Below, one piece after another: positions 40,476 to 49,632 of a stretch of 64,000 nt of DNA (positions are counted from its first letter, which is position 1; every line of letters starts with the position of its first letter). The DNA lies in contig JAJYYO010000010.1 of assembly GCA_021800795.1 (NCBI GenBank), positions 80 to 64,079 on the forward strand, given 5' to 3'. Source of the stretch: Pseudomonadota bacterium (GTDB taxonomy: Bacteria; Pseudomonadota; Gammaproteobacteria; Burkholderiales; Gallionellaceae). The translations under genes were made by a program, and so were the position numbers. The notes under the pieces are model-generated. The model did no database searches, was not told the DNA's origin, and saw only the letters and a list, made by a program, of their open reading frames with translations.

Positions 40476-41144
40476 ATGGCTGTCGTTATATCTGTCCTGC
40501 TTGTTGAAGATGACCCGATGATAGGCCAGAGCCTGGTTCGAGCGCTCAATGATGCCGCGATGGTGGTCGACTGGGTTAAGGATGGAATTAAAGGCCAGCA
40601 GGCAATCGAGTCCGGAAGCTATACGCTTGTTTTGCTTGATTTGGGACTTCCCGGCAAATCGGGATTGGACATCCTGCAATCGATGCGCACTCGGGGCGAT
40701 CGCACTCCCACTTTTATTATCACGGCCCGGGAGAAAATTGATGATCTTGAGACCGGGCTGGATATGGGCGGTGACGATTATCTCATCAAGCCATTCAGCT
40801 TTAATGAACTGTTGGCAAGAATTCGCAGGGTTTTGCGCTGGCACGGTAAAGACACAACGATTAGCAACGGTGAAATCGCGATAGAGTTGGCGACGCACAA
40901 AGTGACTTACCGAGGAACAGCGCAGTTGGTGTCCGTTAAGGAGCTGGCGCTGCTGAATGCCCTGCTTGAATATCCCGGGATGATTCTTTCTCGCAGCCAG
41001 CTTGAGAGGCACTTGTATGGGTTGAATGAAGAGGTGGAGAGTAATGTCGTCGAAGTGTTGATTCACGCTTTGCGTAAAAAATTCGACAGTGAAATGATAC
41101 GCAACGTGCGTGGCATCGGATGGATGGTAGTAAAACACGTGTGA
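40476..41144 (+). CDS. OmpR-family response regulator (QseB-like)
   Basis: LLVEDD, VLLDLGLP, DDYLIKPF, VEVLIHALRKK. Confidence 0.92.
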   Translation: MAVVISVLLVEDDPMIGQSLVRALNDAAMVVDWVKDGIKGQQAIESGSYTLVLLDLGLPGKSGLDILQSMRTRGDRTPTFIITAREKIDDLETGLDMGGDDYLIKPFSFNELLARIRRVLRWHGKDTTISNGEIAIELATHKVTYRGTAQLVSVKELALLNALLEYPGMILSRSQLERHLYGLNEEVESNVVEVLIHALRKKFDSEMIRNVRGIGWMVVKHV

Positions 41145-42475
41145 TGATCTCTCTGAAGAAACAACTCATCGTCTGGTCAGTCGGACTGTTGACTGTGGTA
41201 GGGTTGCTTGCGGGCGGTTTTTCCTATTTGCTTGCACGAGAAGGCGCGAGTATTTTTCTGGATTACCAGTTGCGTTTGTTCGCAGGAAGTGTTGACGAAG
41301 GCTCGCAGTTGCCGGCAATGCAGGCAAAATTCCTCAGGGAAAACCGGAAAGAGCAGAGAAACAGTTTTGTGATACAAGTATGGACTGCAAGAGAACCGGT
41401 ACGTTCGTCTCGTCCCAACTTTGAACTTCCGATAGAAAAATCTACCGGGTATGCAGATGTCTCATATCGAGGCGAAAAGTGGCGCGCTTACACTATCGTC
41501 TATCCTGAACGCACGGTACAGATTTCCCAGTCTGACGAAGTGCTTCGCGAAATTGCAGCGGATGCTGCGCTGTGCGCGTTGCTTCCTATTTCAGTGTTGT
41601 TTCCCCTGTCATGGGTACTTGTGGTGTTCGGAGTCGGTCGAATTTTAAAGCCGCTTGCCGATGTGACTTGTGCGGTAACGCTGCGGGATGCATCGAGTTT
41701 AACGCCTATTTCCAGCAGATGTATCCCGACAGAAGTCGCTCCTTTAATCACCGAGATCAATGGTTTGCTTTTGCGTATTCGAGAATCGATCGAATCGCAG
41801 CGTCATTTCGTCCTCGATGCGGCGCATGAATTGCGCAACCCTCTCGCCGCGCTTCAATTGCAAATGGAGAATCTGTCCCAGAGCCGATCGCAGGAGGACA
41901 TGGATAATCGCATCAGTGAGTTGAGAGCCGGCATACAGCGGGCTTCGCATATTGTCGGGCAATTGCTGAAAATGGCCCGTTATGAAGCGGAAGTCAGGAC
42001 GGTCAGGGAACGGACGGATTTGGGTGCAATAGTTAAACGCTGCATCAGCGGTTTTGTTCCTGTTGCGGAAAAATCCAGGATAGACCTGGGAATGATACGC
42101 GACGAAACTGTATTCATATGGGCCAGTCCGGATGACCTTCACGTGCTGTTCGACAACCTCCTGGACAATGCGATTCGCTACACGCAACAGGGAGGGCAGA
42201 TTGATGTCAGTGTCGAAGTTTCGGGACAAAAGGCGCTGGTTACCATTACGGATAATGGCCCGGGAATTCCCGATTCTTTGTTGCCGCGTGTTTTTGATCG
42301 TTTTTTCCGTGTTGGATGCCATGAGGCTGAGGGGAGCGGCATCGGGCTCGCCATTGTGAATGCGATAGCGAAGCGTGAATCCGCCGAAGTCAAGCTGACC
42401 AACAGGGAAGACGCACATGGCCTGGTTGCAGTCGTTTCCTTTAACCTTTTTGAATCTTCTCCCCAGTCGGTTTGA
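41144..42475 (+). CDS. sensor histidine kinase (QseC-like)
   Basis: AAHELRNPL, NLLDNAIRY, DNGPG, GSGIGL; two TM segments. Confidence 0.92.
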   Translation: MISLKKQLIVWSVGLLTVVGLLAGGFSYLLAREGASIFLDYQLRLFAGSVDEGSQLPAMQAKFLRENRKEQRNSFVIQVWTAREPVRSSRPNFELPIEKSTGYADVSYRGEKWRAYTIVYPERTVQISQSDEVLREIAADAALCALLPISVLFPLSWVLVVFGVGRILKPLADVTCAVTLRDASSLTPISSRCIPTEVAPLITEINGLLLRIRESIESQRHFVLDAAHELRNPLAALQLQMENLSQSRSQEDMDNRISELRAGIQRASHIVGQLLKMARYEAEVRTVRERTDLGAIVKRCISGFVPVAEKSRIDLGMIRDETVFIWASPDDLHVLFDNLLDNAIRYTQQGGQIDVSVEVSGQKALVTITDNGPGIPDSLLPRVFDRFFRVGCHEAEGSGIGLAIVNAIAKRESAEVKLTNREDAHGLVAVVSFNLFESSPQSV

Positions 42476-42626
42476 TTTGACCGCGCGCTTCTTCAGTTGT
42501 AACAAAAAGTTCATCTTTATTTCACGCTGACTTAAGTCTGTCTGCTTAACCTTCTGCATGCGAAAAATTTAGCCATTGAGCGCTTTGCTTGATGTCTGTT
42601 TTAATCAAACTAATCAGGGGATAGGA

Positions 42627-44822
42627 ATGCAAATCGGATTTGATTTCAAAATGAAACAACTCGCTCGACTCATGTTAAGCGGTGCGTTGATCGCGACGGC
42701 TCAGGCATCTTTAGCTCAGGATGCAGTTGATCTGGGAACGGTGCAGAGCAGCGGTGGCGTTGATGAAGCAGCAACTCAAGGCAAGGCTGCCGCAAGCTAT
42801 CAGGCGCCCACGAAGGGGTCTTTAGTGGCGACTGAGCCGCAGTCCATCATCAATCAGCATTACATCCAGGAAAACGCAGCACCGGGTTCCAATTATTCAG
42901 ATATCGCGTCGATTGCGCCCAGTGTGATGAGCATAGATCCAAACGGCCCCGGCATGATGGAAACACAGGCCCTGTCGATGAGGGGCTTCCAGAACGGTCA
43001 GTACAACGTGACTTTTGACGGCATTCCCTGGGGCGATTCGAATGATTTCTCGCAACATTCGACTTCGTATTTCATGCAACAGGACACGGGGAGCATCGTC
43101 GTTGATCGCGGCCCGGGCGATGCCAGCAATATCGGCAATGCAACTTTTGGCGGAACGATAGCGGTCTCTTCCAAGGATGTCAGTTCAAAGGGCGGCGTCA
43201 CGCCCTATGCGACAGTGGGAAGTTACAATACCAGGCTGTTTGGAGCGGAGCTGGACACAGGCGTGATGAAAGACGCCGGGGACAGCAGCGCCTTTATCGA
43301 CTACAAGAATTTTCAATCCGATGGCTATCTGACCAATGCAGCTCAGCGTCGCGAGAATCTGTTCTTCAAATACATCAGGCCTGTAGGCGACGACTCGGTG
43401 CTGACCTTGGTCACCATGCAAAACAAAATTAAACAAAATGTGGCTTTGGGCACAACTGCCGCGAATATGCAGAAATTCGGCACTAACTTCGGTCTCAACA
43501 ACGACCCGACCAGCCAGGATTATGCCGGTTACAACATCGACAACATCACTTCCGATTTTGAGTACGTCGGCTTGAAAAGCCAGCAGGGCAGCTGGGCGAT
43601 AGACGATAAGCTTTACACCTATGCCTACTATCACAATGGGTCCAATGGCGTGGACCCCGGTCTTGGGCAGGCAAATGGCACCAGTTACGGCGCAAATAAC
43701 GTCCCGGGCCAGTTGATGACCATGAATTACCGGTCGGTCGGCAATACGCTGCGCCTGTCCAAGCCTGTGGGGTCAGGGCTGCTTGATTTGGGGCTGTGGG
43801 TTGACCACCAGTCCAACAACCGCTCCCAGATTGAGGTCGATATGACGCTGGGTGGTGCAATAAACCCGATGGGCGGCGGTGTTAACGGGATAGACCGGTT
43901 AATGACCGATACACTGACCACCATACAGCCCTATCTGCAATATGAATGGAAGCCGACGAACGATTTAACCGTGACACCCGGAATGAAGTATGTGTCTTTT
44001 ACCCGAACGCTGGATGCGACGGTTAATCAGGGCGCAACCGGTGCACCGTTGAATACTTCACAGACCTGGACTAAGGCATTGCCTACATTGACGGCGCGTT
44101 ACATGGTTCAGCCGGATCTGTCCGTCTATGCGCAATATGCGCAGGGTATGCTGGCGCCGAATATTAACGCCTTTTATCCGACCAAGGGTACGGTTGCCAC
44201 CAATCCGTCCACGCTGGAACCTGCTCAGTCAACCAATTATCAGGTGGGTTCGACCTGGAACAGTAATCGGTTGACGCTGTCCGGTGATATCTATCTGATC
44301 GATTTCTCGAATCAAAATACCCCGGTGCCGTGCGGGATTTATACCTGCTATAACAATACGGGCGGCGTGAAGTACAGTGGCATTGAGGGCGAGGGTACTT
44401 ATGTGGTCGGTGCGGGCGTCAGTCTTTATGGCAACTATGCCATCAACAATTATTCTGTAAGCACAGCCGGCACGGTATTGCAGAACATACCCAAGAATAC
44501 CGCTTCGGCTGGCCTGATTTATAACCAGGGTCCGGCGTATGCTTCGCTGATTGCCAAGGAAGTCGGAAAACGTTACAGCGGTGTTGATGTCAACAACAAT
44601 GCGATCCCTATGTCTAGCTATACCATCGTGAACTTTGCCTCAAGTTATGCACTTAACAAGAGCGATATGCTCGGTAAAGACGCCAGGGTTGGATTTCAAA
44701 TCAATAACTTGCTGAACAGGAATTCTATCTACGCGTCGTTTGCCAATGATGCAAATGGCAACCCGATGTTCTATGCGATACCGACCCGCGGCTTCATGCT
44801 GAGCCTGTCCGTCGATATGTGA
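42627..44822 (+). CDS. TonB-dependent receptor
   Basis: Signal peptide, plug region (IVVDRGPG...GG), beta-barrel pattern, FQINNLLN. Confidence 0.9.
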   Translation: MQIGFDFKMKQLARLMLSGALIATAQASLAQDAVDLGTVQSSGGVDEAATQGKAAASYQAPTKGSLVATEPQSIINQHYIQENAAPGSNYSDIASIAPSVMSIDPNGPGMMETQALSMRGFQNGQYNVTFDGIPWGDSNDFSQHSTSYFMQQDTGSIVVDRGPGDASNIGNATFGGTIAVSSKDVSSKGGVTPYATVGSYNTRLFGAELDTGVMKDAGDSSAFIDYKNFQSDGYLTNAAQRRENLFFKYIRPVGDDSVLTLVTMQNKIKQNVALGTTAANMQKFGTNFGLNNDPTSQDYAGYNIDNITSDFEYVGLKSQQGSWAIDDKLYTYAYYHNGSNGVDPGLGQANGTSYGANNVPGQLMTMNYRSVGNTLRLSKPVGSGLLDLGLWVDHQSNNRSQIEVDMTLGGAINPMGGGVNGIDRLMTDTLTTIQPYLQYEWKPTNDLTVTPGMKYVSFTRTLDATVNQGATGAPLNTSQTWTKALPTLTARYMVQPDLSVYAQYAQGMLAPNINAFYPTKGTVATNPSTLEPAQSTNYQVGSTWNSNRLTLSGDIYLIDFSNQNTPVPCGIYTCYNNTGGVKYSGIEGEGTYVVGAGVSLYGNYAINNYSVSTAGTVLQNIPKNTASAGLIYNQGPAYASLIAKEVGKRYSGVDVNNNAIPMSSYTIVNFASSYALNKSDMLGKDARVGFQINNLLNRNSIYASFANDANGNPMFYAIPTRGFMLSLSVDM

Positions 44823-44884
44823 AGGTTGGCAAGTTGTTTAATGTGAAATTGTTTAACGATTCGTGCGTCCTCCAACGCTTCATG

Positions 44885-45128
44885 AACGTGAAACTCGCGA
44901 AAGCGCTCGATTGTCCGGCTCCGCCCCCCTCGCTACGCTCTCCCCTACGGGAGATAACCAGCGACTTAGGCATCGTTCTCAGATGCCTTAGGCGATGGTT
45001 AGTTGTTCTATCAGGGTTTGGGTGAGGGAGAGCGCAGCGAGGGTGCCCGGGCATGGCAAGTTTGCGAGTTGATGCCCGCAGGGCCGAGAATCTTTACATT
45101 ATTCGGGGTGGCTACTGCCATGCCCGTT
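44885..45128. mobile_element. family-A element, copy 5
   Basis: About 175 bp nearly identical to copy 4, direct orientation. Confidence 0.9.
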
Positions 45129-45164
45129 TGATTAACCCTTATATGGCTATCATCTACCACTATT

Positions 45165-45836
45165 ATGAATATTAACCATATCTTTGCACTTGCCAACGAA
45201 TCGGGCGGAACGCTCTATTTGATGGTTTTGCTGCTGTTGGTCGCCTTGACGGTGATCATTGAACGAAGCCGCTATCTGTCCAATATGCTGGAGGGTGGAA
45301 CAGAACTGATCAAAATGCTAAAAGAGGGAGAAGGGAAGATTTCCGGTTTAATCCTGCCCGGCAAACTCGCGCAGTTGCCTCATGCCCGCCTTTTCGAAAT
45401 ATTGAGTGCTGAAGCCACCAGTGTTGACCGAGCCAGTCTGGATGGACATCTCGAAGAGGCCATCATGCACGAAGTGCCGACACTGGATCACTCGCTGTGG
45501 ATGCTGGACACCGTGATCACGCTGGCTCCGCTGCTGGGGTTGTTTGGCACGATTATCGGCATGTTCAATGCGTTTCATGCGCTAGGCGACGTCGCGAATG
45601 ACGCGACACAGGTCACGGGCGGCATTGCCGAGGCGCTGATTGCGACGGCTTCCGGGCTGTTCATCGCAATGATCGGACTGGTGTTCTTCAATGCCTTGTA
45701 CACGCGCGTTCGTGTCATCATGCATCAGCTTGAAACAATCAAGATCATGTTGTTAAACCGTTATGAGCAGTTCGACGGGAAGTTGCCGTCCGGGCAAGGC
45801 GCGATCGGCGTAATCCGCGCTCAGGCGAGGGGTTGA
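45165..45836 (+). CDS. exbB: MotA/TolQ/ExbB proton channel
   Basis: APLLGLFGTIIGM, GGIAEALIATA. Confidence 0.9.
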   Translation: MNINHIFALANESGGTLYLMVLLLLVALTVIIERSRYLSNMLEGGTELIKMLKEGEGKISGLILPGKLAQLPHARLFEILSAEATSVDRASLDGHLEEAIMHEVPTLDHSLWMLDTVITLAPLLGLFGTIIGMFNAFHALGDVANDATQVTGGIAEALIATASGLFIAMIGLVFFNALYTRVRVIMHQLETIKIMLLNRYEQFDGKLPSGQGAIGVIRAQARG

Positions 45837-45837
45837 T

Positions 45838-46230
45838 ATGAGGTATATGGCAACCCGCAAGGCGCGCATCGAGATCATCCCGATGATCGATATCATGCTT
45901 TTCCTGCTGGTGTTTTTTGCAATGCTTACGCTGCGCATGATTCCCACCTCGGGTCACGTGACGAAATTGCCGACAAGTTCAACGGCCGTCGCCATCCCGC
46001 CGGCGAAATTGCTGGTTGAAATCAGTCAGGACGGCTCGCTTCTGGTGGAAGGCCGCGTCCTGACGCCGGCGCAATTGACCGGTCTGCTGCGTCAGCGCGG
46101 CAGCAATAAAACCGCCGTGACCATTGCGGGCAACGACACTTCTTCGCTGCAGCAGGTGATGAGCGTCATCGACGCGGTCAAGGCAGGGGGCGCAACCGAG
46201 ATCGGCCTTGCCGCACGTACGGCTAAATAA
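45838..46230 (+). CDS. exbD: ExbD/TolR
   Basis: IEIIPMIDIMLFLLVFF. Confidence 0.9.
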   Translation: MRYMATRKARIEIIPMIDIMLFLLVFFAMLTLRMIPTSGHVTKLPTSSTAVAIPPAKLLVEISQDGSLLVEGRVLTPAQLTGLLRQRGSNKTAVTIAGNDTSSLQQVMSVIDAVKAGGATEIGLAARTAK

Positions 46231-46235
46231 CCGCA

Positions 46236-46886
46236 ATGCCTATACAGTATAGTCGTCATCCATGGCAGGCTTTCAGTCTGGCAGTCCTCGTTGAAGTGAT
46301 TCTGCTGGTTGGTGCAGGCGTCCTGCTGGCCGGGGTTGCCGTGAAAAAGCCCGTGCCGGAACCTGTAACCATCACGTTGCTAAATGCAGAAAAACAACCA
46401 GTGAAGCCGCTCGAAAAACCGCACGCCGAGCGGCCGAAACCGAAAGTGATGCAGCCCAAAGCGCATCCGCAAATGCCAACGCCGCCAGTGACGCCCCCGC
46501 TCCCTGCGCAGCCAGTGCCGGCGACACAGATGCCAACTGCATTCACCCAGCCTGTGCCGCCGGAACCAGCTCCTACGCCTGTCGCTGACACGAGCAAGGC
46601 CAAGGCAAGCGAACTTTATGCGGCGAAAGTACACGCGGCAGTGCAGGCTGCCCATCACTATCCGCCTGCTGCGGCTGCGCTGGGATATACCGGACGAGTG
46701 CGCGTTGAGTTCAACTTGCGCGACGGCATCCCGGGTAATCCGCGTATCCTGGTTCCAAGCAAAATCGGCATGATAGATCGGGCTGCTTTGAGTGCAGTAC
46801 AAAACGCGCACTATCCGGCGCCGCCTGCTGAGCTGCGGGGGCAAGATATGCTTTATCAGGTGTGGGTCGAATTCAATCGCGAATAG
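46236..46886 (+). CDS. tonB: TonB family protein
   Basis: N-terminal TM, Pro-rich linker, YPPAA...GRVRVEF, DRAALSAV. Confidence 0.85.
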   Translation: MPIQYSRHPWQAFSLAVLVEVILLVGAGVLLAGVAVKKPVPEPVTITLLNAEKQPVKPLEKPHAERPKPKVMQPKAHPQMPTPPVTPPLPAQPVPATQMPTAFTQPVPPEPAPTPVADTSKAKASELYAAKVHAAVQAAHHYPPAAAALGYTGRVRVEFNLRDGIPGNPRILVPSKIGMIDRAALSAVQNAHYPAPPAELRGQDMLYQVWVEFNRE

Positions 46887-46900
46887 AGGAGTTCAATTCA

Positions 46901-48274
46901 TTGAGACGTTTAACGCTCGCTTCGCTTATCCTGCTTGCGAGTGCCGGTGCGGCACAGGCAGGCACGGCTTTCGTCGTGCTGGGGGAAAACGGCAAGCCGG
47001 TGGCCAGGCTGGTGACGGCGGATGCGCATTGTCCGCTGATCCGCTTCGATGCACGTGAAGTGCGGATGGATGTGCGCGCGCGACCGGCACTTCTGCCATT
47101 GCGGCCTACAGGTTCCTCGCCTGCCGACTCCAAGCCATCCGTATTTCCTCTGCTGACTTGTGAGAAAAACATCCCGTCCGGCACGCGACGCGCCATGATA
47201 GGCGATCTTCTCCTGCCCTTGCCTGCCAGGGAATTCAAACGGATCGTGGTGATCGGCGATACGGGCTGTCGCCTGAAAAAAGCTGACGGAGCCTATCAGG
47301 CGTGCAATGACGAGAGCCTATATCCATTTGCCAGGGTTGCGGCGGCGGCTGCGAACTGGAAGCCTGATCTGGTTGTACATGTGGGGGATTATCATTACCG
47401 TGAAAATGCTTGTCCTGAGGGTAATCCAGGCTGTGCAGGCAGCCCATGGGGATACGGTTGGGATGCATGGCAGGCCGATTTCTTTACGCCCGGCGCAACG
47501 TTGTTGAAAGCGGCGCCCTGGGTCATGGTGCGCGGCAATCATGAATCTTGTGCGCGAGCAGGGCAGGGCTGGTGGCGCATGATGGATTCGCGTCCGCTGC
47601 TTGCGGGGCGCGATTGTAACGATGCGGCCAACGACGACCGGGGAGACTTCAGCGATCCCTATGCTGTCCCGTTGGGCGGCGGTGCACAATTGATTGTCAT
47701 GGATACGTCGAACACCCTCAACGGCGCCCTTACGCAAGGCGACATTCGGCGGATCAAATATCGCGATTTGTATAAAAAGCTCGAAACATTATCGCGTCAG
47801 GCGGATTTCAATATTGTTGCTAATCATCATCCGATACTGGGCTTTGGCGCCTATCGGGACAAGCAGGGCAGGGTGAACCTGTATCCCGGCAATCAGGGTA
47901 TTCAATCTGCATTCAGCGCCATTAACCCTCTGATTCTACCGCCGCGTATTGATGTGTTGCTGTCCGGGCATGTCCATGCATGGCAGGAAGTGAGTTTTTC
48001 GAGCCCGCATCCTACGCAGTTTGTGGCGGGTTTTTCGGGCACGATGGAAGACCTGGTGCCGCTGCCTGAACAGTTGCCGGAAGGTGCTGCGCCGGCACCC
48101 GGCGCCATGGTTGAGCACATGAGTTCATGGGTCAATGGATTCGGCTTCATGACGATGGAGCGAAAAGGATACCGGCAATGGGATGTCAAGGTGCGGGACA
48201 CGGAGGGGAAAATACGCAATACCTGTGCCATTGACGGCAACCGTTCCGTCTGCGATCTGACGCAAGTCAAATAG
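46901..48274 (+). CDS. secreted metallophosphoesterase (calcineurin-like)
   Basis: Signal peptide from TTG; GDTG, VGDYHY, GNHE, HHP and GHVH motifs. Confidence 0.85.
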   Translation: MRRLTLASLILLASAGAAQAGTAFVVLGENGKPVARLVTADAHCPLIRFDAREVRMDVRARPALLPLRPTGSSPADSKPSVFPLLTCEKNIPSGTRRAMIGDLLLPLPAREFKRIVVIGDTGCRLKKADGAYQACNDESLYPFARVAAAAANWKPDLVVHVGDYHYRENACPEGNPGCAGSPWGYGWDAWQADFFTPGATLLKAAPWVMVRGNHESCARAGQGWWRMMDSRPLLAGRDCNDAANDDRGDFSDPYAVPLGGGAQLIVMDTSNTLNGALTQGDIRRIKYRDLYKKLETLSRQADFNIVANHHPILGFGAYRDKQGRVNLYPGNQGIQSAFSAINPLILPPRIDVLLSGHVHAWQEVSFSSPHPTQFVAGFSGTMEDLVPLPEQLPEGAAPAPGAMVEHMSSWVNGFGFMTMERKGYRQWDVKVRDTEGKIRNTCAIDGNRSVCDLTQVK

Positions 48275-48409
48275 AAATTTCCGGCACGATTACACCCTCC
48301 TGACTGGAATGTCGGCCAGTATCGGTCATGAACTCAATGCTGATTTTCAGGCCTAAAAACCTTGCGCAACTGACAGGCTTGCTGAAACCGGTACTGATGG
48401 TGCGCGGTC

Positions 48410-48500
48410 AAAAAAATGCCCCTGAACCGTCAAGGCCAGGGGCGAAGTTCTTAACAATTTAGGGAGAGTTAAGATACCCATCCAGGGGGGGAGATGGGTG
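48410..48500 (-). ncRNA. candidate small RNA with intrinsic terminator
   Basis: Minus strand: acccatc-(C-rich loop)-gatgggt, ttaac-(tctccctaaatt)-gttaa, then a cccctg/cagggg stem and T6. Confidence 0.35.
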
Positions 48501-48585
48501 ATAGCTTGCGCTAACTGAATACTCAGGCAAGCATATTTGCAAAAAGTTCATCAAAATATAAAAATATTTAACAGATCACCACAAG

Positions 48586-49488
48586 CTACTTGCCGATGAC
48601 TTCACCGCCCAGCGCGCAGGTCAGGTCGGTCAGCATTTTTGCCAGTTCGCCGGTCATCAGCGTGAAATCGAGCTCGAACATCTCGTCGGCAGAGTCGGCC
48701 AGCGCGGTCGACTCTTCCTTGATGATGTCCAGGAATTCCAGCCGCTTGATTTGCAGTTGTTCGGTCAGCACGAAAGAAATTCTGCTGTTCCAGGTGAGCC
48801 CCAGACGGGTTGCGCGTTTGCCTGCCGCAATATGGGATCGAATCTCTTCACCCTCCAGCGCATGGTGGGCATAACGGACGGTCGCGCGGCTCTCCCCGGT
48901 GGCGCGCAGTTCCAGCTCGCGGTCTATGGTGAAACCTGCCGGAGCATTATCGCCGACAAGCCAGTCAGTCATGGCGGAAATAGGGGAGAGTTCGGTGTGC
49001 AGCGCTCTGAGAGGCAAATCATCCAGCGTCTTGTTTAAAAACTCCAGCAATTCTTCGGCGCGTGCGATGGATGCGGCGTCGATGATCAGGCGTCCATTGA
49101 CAGGATCCAGCCAGACATAGGTTGTGCGCAATAGTGTAAAGGCTTTGGGGAGCAGTTCTTCGGTGACGGCTTCCTTGATGTTTTTAAGTTCACGGCGGCC
49201 GACTTTGTAGCCCTGTTGTGCTTCGATGTCGGTGATGCGCTCTTTGGTAAAGCGGTTGATGACGGAGGCAGGCAATAATTTTTGCTCGACCCCAAGCGCA
49301 AACAGGATTTGCCCGTTGGCTGCGTGAACCAGGCGGTCGTCGCCGCGGCAGGAAATCCAGCCGAGATTCTGTTTGTCCAGGCCGCTGCAAGGCTGTAGCG
49401 GTTTGAGCGCCAGTTTTTCCGCCAGCGTCTCGGCGGTAATCGCGCAATCGGCGGGCAGACGATAGATGAAGATGTTTTTAAACCACAT
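48586..49488 (-). CDS. rdgC: recombination-associated protein RdgC
   Basis: MWFKNIFIYRL, QKLLPASVI, ATRLGLTW, DFTLMTGEL. Confidence 0.95.
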   Translation of the reverse strand: MWFKNIFIYRLPADCAITAETLAEKLALKPLQPCSGLDKQNLGWISCRGDDRLVHAANGQILFALGVEQKLLPASVINRFTKERITDIEAQQGYKVGRRELKNIKEAVTEELLPKAFTLLRTTYVWLDPVNGRLIIDAASIARAEELLEFLNKTLDDLPLRALHTELSPISAMTDWLVGDNAPAGFTIDRELELRATGESRATVRYAHHALEGEEIRSHIAAGKRATRLGLTWNSRISFVLTEQLQIKRLEFLDIIKEESTALADSADEMFELDFTLMTGELAKMLTDLTCALGGEVIGK

Positions 49489-49632
49489 GTTGGAATTCCT
49501 TAGTGAAACTGCCGATTATACAGAGCAAATAAACCGCAAGTCCTGATTTGATAAATTGAATGTCTGCACGGAGCCGGTGTCCGTCGGCGATATGGTATGC
49601 TCATCGGAAGTTCAGTTAGCAATGATTCATTG

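Noticed and set aside
42530-42550. PmrA/QseB-type CTTAAG direct-repeat box upstream of the TonB receptor
   Set aside because: The repeat period is 14 bp rather than about 11, so support is weak.
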